A stretch of DNA of 63,908 nucleotides from Octopus bimaculoides (lineage: Eukaryota): NCBI RefSeq assembly GCF_001194135.2, contig NC_068994.1, positions 15,003,598 through 15,067,505 of the forward strand, written 5' to 3'. The stretch's first letter is position 1. Each line of letters opens with the position of its first letter. Positions 52,631 to 63,908 of this stretch are shown one piece after another. The notes beneath the pieces were generated by a model that searched no databases, was not told the origin of the DNA, and saw nothing but the letters and a program-made list of their open reading frames with translations. The position numbers were made by a program, and so were the translations under genes.

Positions 52631-53669
52631 NNNNNNNNNNNNNNNNNNNNNNNNNNNNNNNNNNNNNNNNNNNNNNNNNNNNNNNNNNNNNNNNNNNNNN
52701 NNNNNNNNNNNNNNNNNNNNNNNNNNNNNNNNNNNNNNNNNNNNNNNNNNNNNNNNNNNNNNNNNNNNNNNNNNNNNNNNNNNNNNNNNNNNNNNNNNNN
52801 NNNNNNNNNNNNNNNNNNNNNNNNNNNNNNNNNNNNNNNNNNNNNNNNNNNNNNNNNNNNNNNNNNNNNNNNNNNNNNNNNNNNNNNNNNNNNNNNNNNN
52901 NNNNNNNNNNNNNNNNNNNNNNNNNTTTTTTTTTAATCAATAATATATATTGCACAATACAATGAAGTGAAAACAAAATGTTAATTTTCCCATTACTGTA
53001 AACTACTCTTTTAGATAATCTGCTTTATAAAGATTAGCAAATATTATTTTAAAATATGGGAAATGTAAAAAATATAAAAAATTTGAAGTTATAAAACAAT
53101 AAATGCATTATCTTTACTTTTTATGAGCAAAAAGAAAAGAGTATTTTCAAAGATTCATAAAATTATTTACAGTGAATTGTTTGTTAGTAATTAGAGAAAA
53201 GGTGATCTAATATTTAATATTTCTATCAATGTTTAATAAGTAAATATTTACGCACAACACTGTGTGTATCAGAAAATCTAAGGTAAATTTGAAGTAGTTA
53301 ACCTTCAGATTTTTATTGTAGAACTTTAAATAGACATGAATAGACCTTGTCATTCTCTTAAAAAAATAAAAAAATAAAGGAGATTACCCTAACAGGTTTC
53401 TCAGTTCAGTGGCCATTCATTAGCCAGGGATGGACTACCTAATTCTTCTACCCATGATGAAACCATAGATCAAATTGCAATTTAAATCAAGTACAAGCTA
53501 TATAGAGTAACATTTATTTGCCAGCATAAAGTGGCAGTCCTCATTAGGATGGTGTTACTACCTTTTTTTAGCTCCAGGAAAACATCTTTTTCAGCTGGCT
53601 ATCAACACACAATTGCGTCCTTATACCTCGAACAAGGGAGCTAATGTCCCCACTCAACCTTAAACGGTA

Positions 53670-53715
53670 CCTGCAGACTAATGGTTTCTGGGTTATTTCT
53701 CTTAATTGGCACAGA
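53670..53715 (-). pseudogene. Inactivated copy of the 54052 hammerhead
   Basis: Reverse strand reads tctgtg CCAATTA agagaaataaccca GAAA ccatta GTC tgcagg. Core CTGATGA is mutated at 3 of 7 positions, and stems I and III are disrupted. Confidence 0.75.
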
Positions 53716-54051
53716 ATAACCTTGACTAGAGATGGCAGCACTAGACTTCACTCGGAGTATATAGTTTTAAAGTGACACACAGTCACTGATCTCATAAAGA
53801 GAAAAACAATTAGTTTTAAATCTCTGAGCGAGAATTAAGTAGTAACAGTAATACACAGCTAAGTCTATTTGCTAGGACTGCCACTTTACATTGGCAAAAA
53901 GACTTTACTCTGCAGTACTGTTACTACTTATTTCTCGCTCAGAGATTTAAAACTAATTGTTTTTCTCCTTATGAGATCAGTCACTGTGTGTCACTTTAAT
54001 ATTATATACCTCGAGGAAGGCCTAGTGCTGTCAGCTTTAGCCAATGGTTAT

Positions 54052-54097
54052 CCTGTGCTGATGAAGAGAAATAACCCAGAAACCATTGGTCCACAGG
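54052..54097 (+). ncRNA. Type-I hammerhead ribozyme motif within a 326-bp repeat unit
   Basis: CCTGTG CTGATGA agag-aaataa-ccca GAAA CC-att-GG TC CACAGG. Stem I is a perfect 6 bp, the core is intact and the triplet is GUC (cleavage after 54091). Stem II is imperfect. Confidence 0.78.
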
Positions 54098-54522
54098 TAC
54101 GGTTTAAGGGTGAGTGGGGACATTAACTCCCTTGTTCAATGTTAAGGATGCAGTTGTGTGTCAATAGCCAGCTAAAAAGGTAGTAACACTGTCCTAATCA
54201 GGACTGCCACTTTATGTTGGCAAATAGACTTTACTCTGTAGTACTGTTACTACTTATTTCTCATTCGGAGATTTAAAACCAATTGTTTTTCTCCTCAAAC
54301 TATATATACTTTCATTTATTATCAAAGGGGCAGTATCATTTACAGCAAACTGCTGTAAATTTATCTCAGACTACCATTCTTTTTCCCCACTCAAGTGAAT
54401 TAAGTACAATAGTACCAAGAAAAGAAAGTGAAAAAAGGATTAAAAAAATTGAGTTTATGACCGAATTACAATGATGCATTAGTTATAAGTATTATGAATA
54501 AAATGTGATAACATTAACTTAC

Positions 54523-54675
54523 CAGAGCAGGCCATTTCATCTGAGAGGGTGATCTGTTTGGAAATTCTCTTGGAACTAAAACAACTGAGTACTCCACAAG
54601 GAAAATCTGACATATTTCATAGATTTTAATCCATTCTCGTTTGTCCCAACTTATTCCATCAAATTCTACCAGTAT
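54523..54675 (-). CDS. JMJD1C: Coding exon (153 nt, phase 0/0) of a KDM3/JMJD1C-family JmjC histone demethylase, N-terminal region
   Basis: Translates ILVEFDGISWDKREWIKIYEICQIFLVEYSVVLVPREFPNRSPSQMKWPAL. This matches the recalled JMJD1C/KDM3B motif VEFD..W.KREW.K......FLVE......R......WPAL. Acceptor ttttacaaatttcAG and donor CTG|GTAAGT are canonical. Confidence 0.9.
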
Positions 54676-54984
54676 CTGAAATTTGTAAAAGTTTTCGAAA
54701 ATTATTATGATCAACTTTCAAAGACTAGACAATAAAAATGAAATAAAATCTTGAAAATCCTTAATTTATTTCTATTAAAAAGTTATACACACTATGTTGA
54801 AAGACATTAAATAAGGTAATTTATATATATTTTGCATCAATTTTTCAAACTTATTTTCTCTGTATAAGTTCCAATAATTTAATTAGTAAACTGGGAATTT
54901 TTTAATGCCTTCACATATAACACATGCTCACAGAGACAAACATACAATAGCTTAGAGATGATTCAACAAAGAAGCTTCTATGCA

Positions 54985-55184
54985 GTTATTTGGCCTGTTA
55001 GAAATAGCAGTCACATCTCCCTCACATCACACACTACCATCTTAAATAAAGAAAAAAGTACAGATTGGGCAGTGCAGTTTCCAATATACAAAAAAAAAAA
55101 CAAGAAAAAACTATGATTAATAACAGGAATGTCTCTGATCATAGATCTGTTCAAACAGCGCACAGTTAGGGCTAAACAACAACA
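54985..55184 (+). mobile_element. SINE-like family D (GTTAGAAATAGCAG...GGGCTAAACAACAAC); other copies about 37268-37432, 52215-52437, 56470-56625
   Basis: Multiple diverged homologous copies ending in (CAA)n. Confidence 0.65.
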
Positions 55185-55567
55185 TTGTTGGCACTCCGTC
55201 GCTTACGACGACGAGGGTTCCAGTTGATCCGATCAACGGAACAGCCTGCTCGTGAAATTAACGTGCAAGTGGCTGAGCACTCCACAGACATGTGTACCCT
55301 TAACATAGTTCTCCGGGATATTCAGCGTGACACAGTGTGACAAGGCTGACCCTTTGAAATACAGGCACAACAGAAACAGGAAGTAAGAGTGAGAGAAAGT
55401 TGTGGTGAAAGAGTACAGCAGGGTTTGCCACCATCCCCTGCCGGAGCCTCATGGAGCTTTAGGTGTTTTCGCTCAATAAACACTCACAACACCCGGTCTG
55501 GGAATTGAAACCGCAATCCTATGACCGCGAGTCCGCTGCCCTAACCACTGGGCCATTGCGCCTTCAC
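55185..55567 (-). mobile_element. SINE family C, full length, inserted in the (CAA)n tail of a family D element
   Basis: Perfect 11-bp TSD AAACAACAACA at 55174-55184 and 55568-55578. Confidence 0.93.
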
Positions 55568-56979
55568 AAACAACAACATATAACTTAAACATAAAGAAAA
55601 TAAATGAGAAGAGTTAATCAGCTATACATTTTTTTGTTAATGGTTTTTAAAATGTGTACATTTTCTATTATAAGTAACAACTTCTATCAAGATCTGGAAT
55701 AACACCTGTCGTCAAATATACTCTTATTTCTGTTGTGAAACAGGTGAAATGTGTTATATTTACAGTATTGTAGATAGTCGCTTGTTTTGCTCTCCATTCT
55801 ATTATTAATATATAAACACATCCGGTCAACATCTGCACACAGTATGTATCTATCCAGTCTGAGACACCATTGTTATACTAATGGGGTAGTGCATGTATTT
55901 TGCATGGTTGCGTGTGGTCAGGACTATTTAAGGTGACTAATGAACAGGTTTTATGGTGTGTCACTAAGATAATGCTGGTGAATCATGAAACATAATTACA
56001 ACAGGTGTCTGAAGATTTGAACTAATTGCTGTGGACTTATTTGATTGTCATAAACACGACAAATAGTCATACTAATGAAATAAAGACTAAAAATATTTAG
56101 AAATTTGGGATAACATTGTATGCAAGATCAGGCTTCTGATGTTTTCAGAAAAGACTTTCATATGTGTGTGAGAGAGAGAGAGATAGAGAGACAGACAGAT
56201 AATTTTTTGCAAATACAGAGTATCATTAGTTTTCTTGGATCTTTATTAACAGTCAACAATATTAAAGTTTACAATATTAAATTCTGAAAATTGTACCTAA
56301 ATGTTGTCTTCATCATCACCTCTAGAGATGGGTACTCCAGACACAGGATTTTGTTACATTACAGATGGGATTATTAAACATTTCTTCTAGTCATACCAAC
56401 AATTAGAGCACATTTGGCTGTTATCCTCAACAAACTGAACAATCACATTGAATAAGTACATTGTCTCAACTTGCTACAACAGCCAAATTTCCTTCAAATA
56501 ATACCTTACTGTCTTTGAATAATGTGGTCTTGGGTCCACTATGTTAATGCAAAAGGCAGGATACTCAATGCAGGAAAACCTTTTTTTTTAGGTTTGCTAG
56601 ATCAGGTTAGTTCTAGGACTAATTAACTTCTACTGATAACACTTTATACAGTAATCTGCCTAAGACAGCCTCTGGTTCTAAGATACAAAATTGCCAATGT
56701 TAATGTGTTTGGATGTATTTTAAATCCTTCCACCATAATTCTAAATTAGAACTTTGATTAGGTTGTTTCAAACCCTGACTTAACCATTTAGCAGTCAGAT
56801 TGCTCTGTCGAGTTTAATGCTTATTTATTCACATCAATTTGAATTAGTCATGTATTTATCTTATAGCTTTGAAATTTCAATGACATGAGTGTTTATTTTT
56901 AGAATAATATTATTGGATAAGTATAAGAGGTCAGATCTGACCAGTTTGAACATAAAACCAATAGACAATTTTGGTCTGA

Positions 56980-57842
56980 TATATAATATTTGTTTTTCTC
57001 ACTGAATGTTATACACAATAATCAATCACTAACAAATTACACTGTCGATCATTTTAGAAAAAAAAAAGTTTAATATTTAATTTTATATATATTTTAGTCA
57101 GCTAGGTGGCTAATTGCAGCATCAGTGACTTTACAATCACTGTCTTCTTTTATAAGTAGCGTCAAATTTTGTCTTAGTATGTGGTTACCATGCTAAACGA
57201 TTAATAATGAAAACTTATTTTACTTAATCACTGAAAATTCTTGATTATTCTTAAAATTAAATGAGACACATGATCAATATATATTACATATAATAAAACA
57301 TGTCTTTGTTTGCATTTATGTTAGTAGGAGACTAAAACAACATATAGAGAAGGAGTGAGTAGCAGTTGGAGATGTTAAGTGTAGGTGAGGAAAAGTGAAG
57401 GAGTTATAATTAAAGTGAGCTATAACGAAAGGTTTTGCAATAGCCTGAGTACCAAGTATTTTAATCAAAATGACACTGTAAATTTTGTCCTAAATTTTGC
57501 AATATATTTTCACATAATTTCATGTATATTCAAAAGGAAAAAAATAGAAAAGAATTGTAAACAAAATATTATGCCTTGATCTTAAATGATTGATATTCAA
57601 ACATACATAAACAAGCACAAACATACAAAAACAATATAATATTTGTTGTTTTCACTGAATGTTATACACGACAATCAATCACTAACAAATTGCACTGTTG
57701 ATCATTTTAGAAAAAATATGTTTAATATTTAATTTCATATATATTTTAGTCAGCTAGGTGGCTAATTGTAACATCAGTGACTTTTCAGTTACTGTCTTCT
57801 TTTATAAGTAGGGTCAGATTTTGTCTTAGTATGTGGTTACCA
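56980..57842 (+). repeat. Local direct duplication of about 210 bp (56980-57190 and 57634-57842)
   Basis: About 90% identical by eye; both copies end TATGTGGTTACCA. Confidence 0.88.
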
Positions 57843-58050
57843 GTGAATAGTACATGCCACTGACACTGCTCAAAGAAGCAGAAATGCGCATCCAGTATTA
57901 TTACCAATTCTGCTGGCCAACTTTCATCTGGTACCGATATATTTGACGTTTTAAGCACACTAAGTCCATGAGAGATATTGCCTCTGGATAAATATCACAG
58001 TTAATTTACCTTTCATGATCTATTTGCATTAAGTATGATACAGAAATGGT

Positions 58051-58092
<42 letters not shown>

Positions 58093-58339
58093 CACACACA
58101 CATTTATATTAAAAGATTTGTTACAAAAATGTTCATAGATGTAAAAAGCATGAATTATTGTTATATTTTTCTACTAAAAAACAAAAAACAAACACAAACG
58201 CAAAGTCTTTTAGGTATGAAATTTATTGAGGACTTTTTCATACTATTATGAATGAGTGTGCAATTTTCTATCATAAATAATATTATCATTTTTTTTATGA
58301 CCTGAAAATGCTAGTATCAGAAATAGAAGAATGAAAGTA

Positions 58340-59350
58340 TTTCTGCCAGTTATGCTTAAGCAGTCACTTTCACTGAAATATACTGCCACAATCTCTTGCT
58401 CATGGACAAATAAACATTGCTCAAGACCAGTAATAAATTTATCACACATTTTCACCATATCATTTAAAGAGACTTGTCTCACCATCATTATTACTGTCCT
58501 CATACTTAGCAACATTTAACATCATTTCAACAAATTTCTACATCATTCAAGGAATGTATATAGCTGAACATTTCTCAATGTCCAACTATTTTTAATATCA
58601 GTTTCCTTTAATTTATTGACACTTTTAGCTTTGTAATGAAGTAAACTGAAGAGATAATGAGATAATGGTATGAAATCATCTCATTGCCATGAAATCTTTC
58701 AAAGTTTTCATTTTCCAGATGCATTTCAAATATTTGATGCAAGCCAAAGTCTTTGCCAAGTATTCCTTAATGTTGATATATCAACATTGTTCCAATCATT
58801 AGAGACTGCAGAAATGACATCTTTAATGATTGAAGCACGCTTACAGTTCAAAATGTCTGTATGCAAATTCTCCATGGAGAGTAAAATTTCTTGGCTGCAA
58901 GGATGTAACATACAGGATATTGATAGTTCATAGAAGGGAAAGTAAATGCAGAGAATATAGCTTTCCAGTAAAAAAACAAGAGAATTTTAGTGTTCTTCCA
59001 ATCCAGATTGTCTGTAATGAGCTCATATTACAGATGCCAAGTAGTTATTGAATTATAAAACTTCTTAAAAATCATCTTTCTGAGCTATTAATATTGACAG
59101 GTGATCCATTTCCTTTCTGTGGTTACCAAGATATATATATCTGTAATTCATTTTTAGAATTTTTCACAAAGAAATGAAACCCAATGTCACACAGCACATG
59201 CAGATATATCACTGAATCATAAAGGTATATTGAGATAACCATTGATACAGCATAACCATGTGAAGTGGATCAAGCACTAGATATGAATACTGTTGAGTTA
59301 GATTTTCATGCCAGATGAGTTTTGTCACAGAAAAGAATAGCACTTCACAA
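58340..59350 (-). mobile_element. pogo/Tigger-family DDE transposase pseudogene
   Basis: Fragments KWIT, AHYRQSGLEE..KILLF, KDVISAVSNDWNNVDISTLRNTWQRLW and LNDMVKMCDKFITGLEQCLFVHEQEI occur in the order expected for Tigger/CENP-B-like transposases. Confidence 0.8.
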
Positions 59351-59808
59351 AAATAATTATTTCCAGTACTTTCCATAATTTGAAATTATGAATAATGAGC
59401 ATAACTTCTTGATATTATATATATTATTTCATCTGAATGAATGGGAGGATTCCTATAATCTTTTGTTCTTTTACTTATTTCAGTCATTGAACTGCAGCCA
59501 TACATGTTGCTGAAAGCAAGTATTTTTTCACACCCAAGTGGGTTTTATAAAATTTAGGCTAGCTACTCTTTTGTGAAGTGAAGTAGATGGATTCTTTTTT
59601 AAAATTCAAACTATGCTATCATCAGCCAGGTAGACAAAGATAAGGGGAGAAATGAATACTACCTTGCCTACAACATCTGCAAAAGCTTTTTAGTTCAGGA
59701 ACATTTGTGTAACTGAAAATCACTTGCATTTGTAGCCTATACAGTTGTGTATATACAAGAATGAGTGTGTAATGTACAGGTGAGTGCATGAATGTGCATA
59801 TGTATGTA

Positions 59809-59814
<6 letters not shown>

Positions 59815-59878
<64 letters not shown>

Positions 59879-60203
59879 NNNNNNNNNNNNNNNNNNNNNN
59901 NNNNNNNNNNNNNNNNNNNNNNNNNNNNNNNNNNNNNNNNNNNNNNNNNNNNNNNNNNNNNNNNNNNNNNNNNNNNNNNNNNNNNNNNNNNNNNNNNNNN
60001 NNNNNNNNNNNNNNNNNNNNNNNNNNNNNNNNNNNNNNNNNNNNNNNNNNNNNNNNNNNNNNNNNNNNNNNNNNNNNNNNNNNNNNNNNNNNNNNNNNNN
60101 NNNNNNNNNNNNNNNNNNNNNNNNNNNNNNNNNNNNNNNNNNNNNNNNNNNNNNNNNNNNNNNNNNNNNNNNNNNNNNNNNNNNNNNNNNNNNNNNNNNN
60201 NNN

Positions 60204-60241
<38 letters not shown>
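59815..60241 (+). repeat. (GA)n microsatellite spanning an assembly gap
   Basis: Direct reading. Most N-gaps in the window are flanked by (TA)n, (CA)n or (GA)n. Confidence 0.9.
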
Positions 60242-61270
60242 CACGCGTGTGTATTTGAAATAAAACATTCCTTAAAAATATAATAATTAAAAAAAAAATT
60301 ACTGAACTAGTTTTTAACTTCTGGAAATCAACAAGAAAAATAAACTTTACATAACTGCAAAAATGATACTTTCAGAGAATCCATTCTTATAGAAGTCACA
60401 CTCTCTGCAGAATACATTAGACAGTAATTGATTTTCAAAGTCAACAACTTTGATTGCATTAGAAATGTCAGAGATGAAAGCTTATTTCAACCAAGTGATA
60501 ATTCTACTTCGAAGTGCATTTTATAAAACAGCAAGTGCTGGCATCAAATATAATATCTTAGTTGACATTTTTTTAACACACTACATAGAGAAATAAATAA
60601 ATTAACAACATTCTTTAAATTTTCTCTTCTTTTCTTCTATTTTTGTTCATACTTCAAAAAGAAAAGAAGAAAATCACTTTCAATTTAACAAAAACTCCAT
60701 CATAGATAGAACTGAGTGCATTTTAAAGAAGTTTTTCTTCTGACAGAAATTTTTATTCCAAATTGACTCATTAGAAATAATTTTTCAGACTGTTAGTGCT
60801 TTATGGATTTTGCTATCTGACAAACACCTTTATCAAAATACATTTATGTAATTTGATTCAATTTCATTTTCTATGATCTGGTCAATTTTCTGTAGAAATG
60901 GGGAGGAAAAAAGAGAAGAGCTAATTCATCATTGACAGCTCATAACATTTTATCAGTGTGTAAATATCAAACATTCACACTGAATGGCCATACCAGCATA
61001 GATATACTCAGTGAAAAAAAAAAAAAAAGCATTTGTATGTTGTAGAAAAACTTCCTTCCTACATATAAAGTGCTTTAACAATGACAGCACGAAATATTAT
61101 TTCTTAAATTTCTTTAGGTTAGCATGAAGCAAAAACAAAATTTGCTATCTATCTATTTCACAAGTAAGCTGCAAAATTCAACTCTGCCAACACAGTAACT
61201 TGTAAAAAAAATCTTATAATCAGAATTTTCAATAAAATTATCCTACAAGTTCATAAAGCGTTATGAATTA

Positions 61271-61920
61271 GGCACAAGTATGGCTGTGTGGTTAAGAAGC
61301 TCACTTCATGTGGTTTCAGTTCCAGTCCCACTATGTAGAACCTTGGGCAAGTGACTTCTACTATAGCCCTAAGGCAACCTTGTGAGTGAATTTGGCAGAC
61401 GGAAACTGTGTGGAAGCCCATCAGGTATATATCTGTGTGTGTGTATATATACGTATATATATGATTTTGTGCGTCTTTGTGTTTGTTATGTTCCCTCCTG
61501 CATCATGTAACATCCAGTGTTAATTTGTCTACATCCGAATAACTTAGCAGTTTGGCAAACGAGCCCAATGGAATAAGTACCAGACTCAACCCATATATAC
61601 TCCTGATTGCATTTTCACAATGCAAAACCTGCTCCTACTTGTTTGGACATGAACTCGCTGGTAAGCATTTGGCTGAGCATACGAAATGTTCAGTGGGTAG
61701 TCGACACCCATAGCTAACAGCTAACTGTCCTTCTCTTCCAGATTGTGAAAGCTTACCATAATGTTTAATCTAAATACAGTGAAATTTTAAGACTTTATTT
61801 TTTTTATGGGCATATATGGGTTAAAAGAAAAAATACTATGATTAATTTGTTTGACTAAACCCTTCAAGGCAGTGTTCAAGCATGACATGACCACAGACTG
61901 AAACAAGTAAAAGATAAAAT
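61271..61920 (+). mobile_element. SINE family A, old, interrupted by an insertion of about 240 bp
   Basis: Head and body at 61271-61590; tail at 61830-61920. Confidence 0.65.
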
Positions 61921-62001
61921 TTAACTCCAAACTATACAGACTTTGAGCTCATGTACAAAGAATGGAAACAAAATATTAAGCACAAAGAATGGAAACAAAA
62001 T

Positions 62002-62190
62002 ATTGGTTTCATATTTTGGCACAATGCCAGCAATTTCAGGGGAGGGGATAAGTTGATTACACCGACTCCAGTGTTCAACCCCTAAAAGGATGAAAGGTAA
62101 AGTTGATCTCAGCGGAATTTGAACTTAGAACAAATTGCTTAGCAGCATTTTCCCCCCGGTATGCTAATGCTTCTGCTAGTTTGGTGCCTT
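62002..62190 (-). mobile_element. SINE family B
   Basis: Family motifs are present; flanked by imperfect GAATG(G/A)AAACAAAA..TATT duplications. Confidence 0.72.
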
Positions 62191-63456
62191 GGAATGAAAA
62201 CAAAAAATATTAACAAGTGTTAATCATTCCATCTTCATCTTGTTCTTCTCTACACCAGAATGTTTTTTATTATCTAAATCACCCAAAGAAGCAGAAATAT
62301 GTATCTAGTACTGTTGCTAGATAATTTTTGTGTTACTGGTTAAATTCTATGCTAAGATGGACACTGCCATTTAACAGGTTTTTAATGATGTATCTGCTTT
62401 AAGTATGATACATAGATTGCTATTTTGAACGAATACTGCTTTTGTCACAGATAAAAAAATTTCAATTTAGCCTGCTGGCTGATTGCAACAGTAGTGATTT
62501 TGAAATCACTGTTTTATTATACCAGCCATGGTTGATTTTGTCTTATCATGCAGGTAGGTATCCGTGGATATTTGCTACTGACAAAGCCAGAAATATATAT
62601 TTAGCAATATCACAGCTGCTGGATGGTATATTTTGTGTTTTTTAACATTATACGTCCATGAGATGCTTTCTCAAGCTGAATAATGCAGGCTTTCAACAAT
62701 GCATCTGCTTTAAGTACAATACACTAATACTGCTTCTGTTGCAAATAACACACACGCACACATGTACATACAAACATACATATACACATACATACATACA
62801 TGTACATATTCTCAGTTGCTTTCTCTGCACCTTGGTCATTTTTTTTTTATACCCTGTCTTGCTTATATTGAAATCAGTGACGGTATTTTGATTTCCATTT
62901 ACCATTTTATCTCCTGAGGAAATGAATAACCCATCACTTTGAAATTAATCATGGATGCTAATTACATAACTCTATAAATAATGATGTTTTACTCCACTGA
63001 AACAGCTGTAGAGTGCATTAAATAGTGAATTGTATGTGAAATTTATGCTTATCAGTTTTTTTTAAATTCCAAACGCATTGCTCTCAACTCTTGTTCAGTC
63101 AATTCTATATATGCATGGAAGTTTATTCTACCCTGATTTGCAGCATTTTAACAATGGATTTGAGTTTAATAATGTATTATAACTGAGCTCTTAAAACACT
63201 GTGGATATATTTTATGATTTTTATACACCATTTTACTATAAAATTATGTCATTAATTTTTTCATTTCCTTTTCATATCTTATTATTTTCCAAGTTTCAAT
63301 TGTTCTATAAAAGTTGGAAAAATACACATTGGACAATGGTAGTCCGGTATGTGTGTGTGTACACGATCTCATCATTTTGTAAAGCACACACACACACACA
63401 CACATATACATACACACACACATGCAGTAGGACCCAGAACCATGTGGTTGAGAGGG

Positions 63457-63798
63457 CCCTGGGCTGATCAAAGCCTTGAGTGGATTTGAAAGCTGGAAAC
63501 TGAAAGAAGTCCATTGTGTATATATATGCATATGTATACATGTGGCTCTGTGTGAGTGTGTGTTACTGTCTCCTTGCTATGAAATAGCATGGTAGTTGTA
63601 ACGAGTGTTACTGTCATGCAAGTAGTGCCCATCTCCAAAATTCTATGGAAACATATCAAGACATGGGGAAAATATTACTTTATGTGAGAACAATTGTTGG
63701 CTGCAAGGGCATTGGGCTGTAGAAAATCTGCTTCAGAAAATCTGTTTCAACAAATTCCATCTGACCAATGCAAGCACAGAGAAGTAGACATTAAAATA
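63457..63798 (+). mobile_element. Chimeric SINE (A body with RTE-type tail), 5' end rearranged
   Basis: Same tail as 42832-43220, preceded by a short inverted head fragment at about 63430-63450. Confidence 0.6.
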
Positions 63799-63861
63799 TG
63801 CGTGTGTGCATGCATATACAGATATATATATATATACAGATATATATATATACAGATATAC

Positions 63862-63908
<47 letters not shown>

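Larger units (their letters stand above)
53502..54295. mobile_element. Non-coding hammerhead-bearing retroelement (retrozyme / Penelope pseudo-LTR-like): inverted copy 53502-53872 plus 1.3 tandem units 53875-54295
   Basis: A 95-bp direct repeat at 53875-53969 and 54201-54295 defines a 326-bp period. 53502-53872 is the reverse complement of about 53894-54241 (roughly 85% identity by eye). There is no ORF. Confidence 0.75.
14025..54522 (-). other. JMJD1C: 40.5-kb GT-AG intron of the KDM3/JMJD1C-family gene
   Basis: The flanking exons join in frame and are contiguous in the homologous protein. Confidence 0.82.

Noticed and set aside
55745-55810. EWRA on the minus strand as a candidate for the missing first exon (WRAG motif)
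   Set aside because: The flanking residues do not match GKRFL...WRAG..RAV and there is no suitable phase-0 donor.
56991-57842. TRIM or mini-LTR element reading of the TG...CA direct repeats
   Set aside because: Homology extends beyond the TG, and there is no TSD, PBS or polypurine tract.
694-60283. Long ORFs in the supplied track containing X runs or HT/YI/CV/ER repeats
   Set aside because: They are artefacts of N-gaps and dinucleotide microsatellites.
1-63908. CRISPR arrays, rRNA or intact tRNA genes, prokaryotic operons
   Set aside because: None seen; the tRNA-like segments are SINE heads or the degenerate tRNA-Asp.

Overview
AT-rich, repeat-dense animal genomic DNA with many N-gaps. It is most likely cephalopod (Octopus), inferred from the SINE families and microsatellite load. 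No prokaryotic features or CRISPR arrays are present. The window lies inside one minus-strand gene of the KDM3/JMJD1C histone-demethylase family. Two N-terminal coding exons are visible (54675-54523 and 14024-13908), separated by a 40.5-kb intron; the first exon and the next exon were not found in the window. The introns hold at least four tRNA-derived SINE families, decayed CR1 and RTE LINEs, Tc1 and pogo/Tigger transposase relics, TA-, TTAA- and 8-bp-TSD MITEs, and a tRNA-Asp pseudogene. The most notable signals are three unrelated minimal type-I hammerhead ribozymes with intact cores (610, 37991, 54052), all antisense to the host gene. One sits in a 326-bp retrozyme/Penelope-like unit that is present as an inverted plus partial tandem array about 230 nt downstream of the exon 5' splice site; the host-sense copy of that ribozyme has a mutated core. 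There is also a 304-bp spacerless palindrome whose only two mismatches are CpG-decay events. All family assignments are by eye and from recalled consensus sequences; no database search was run.
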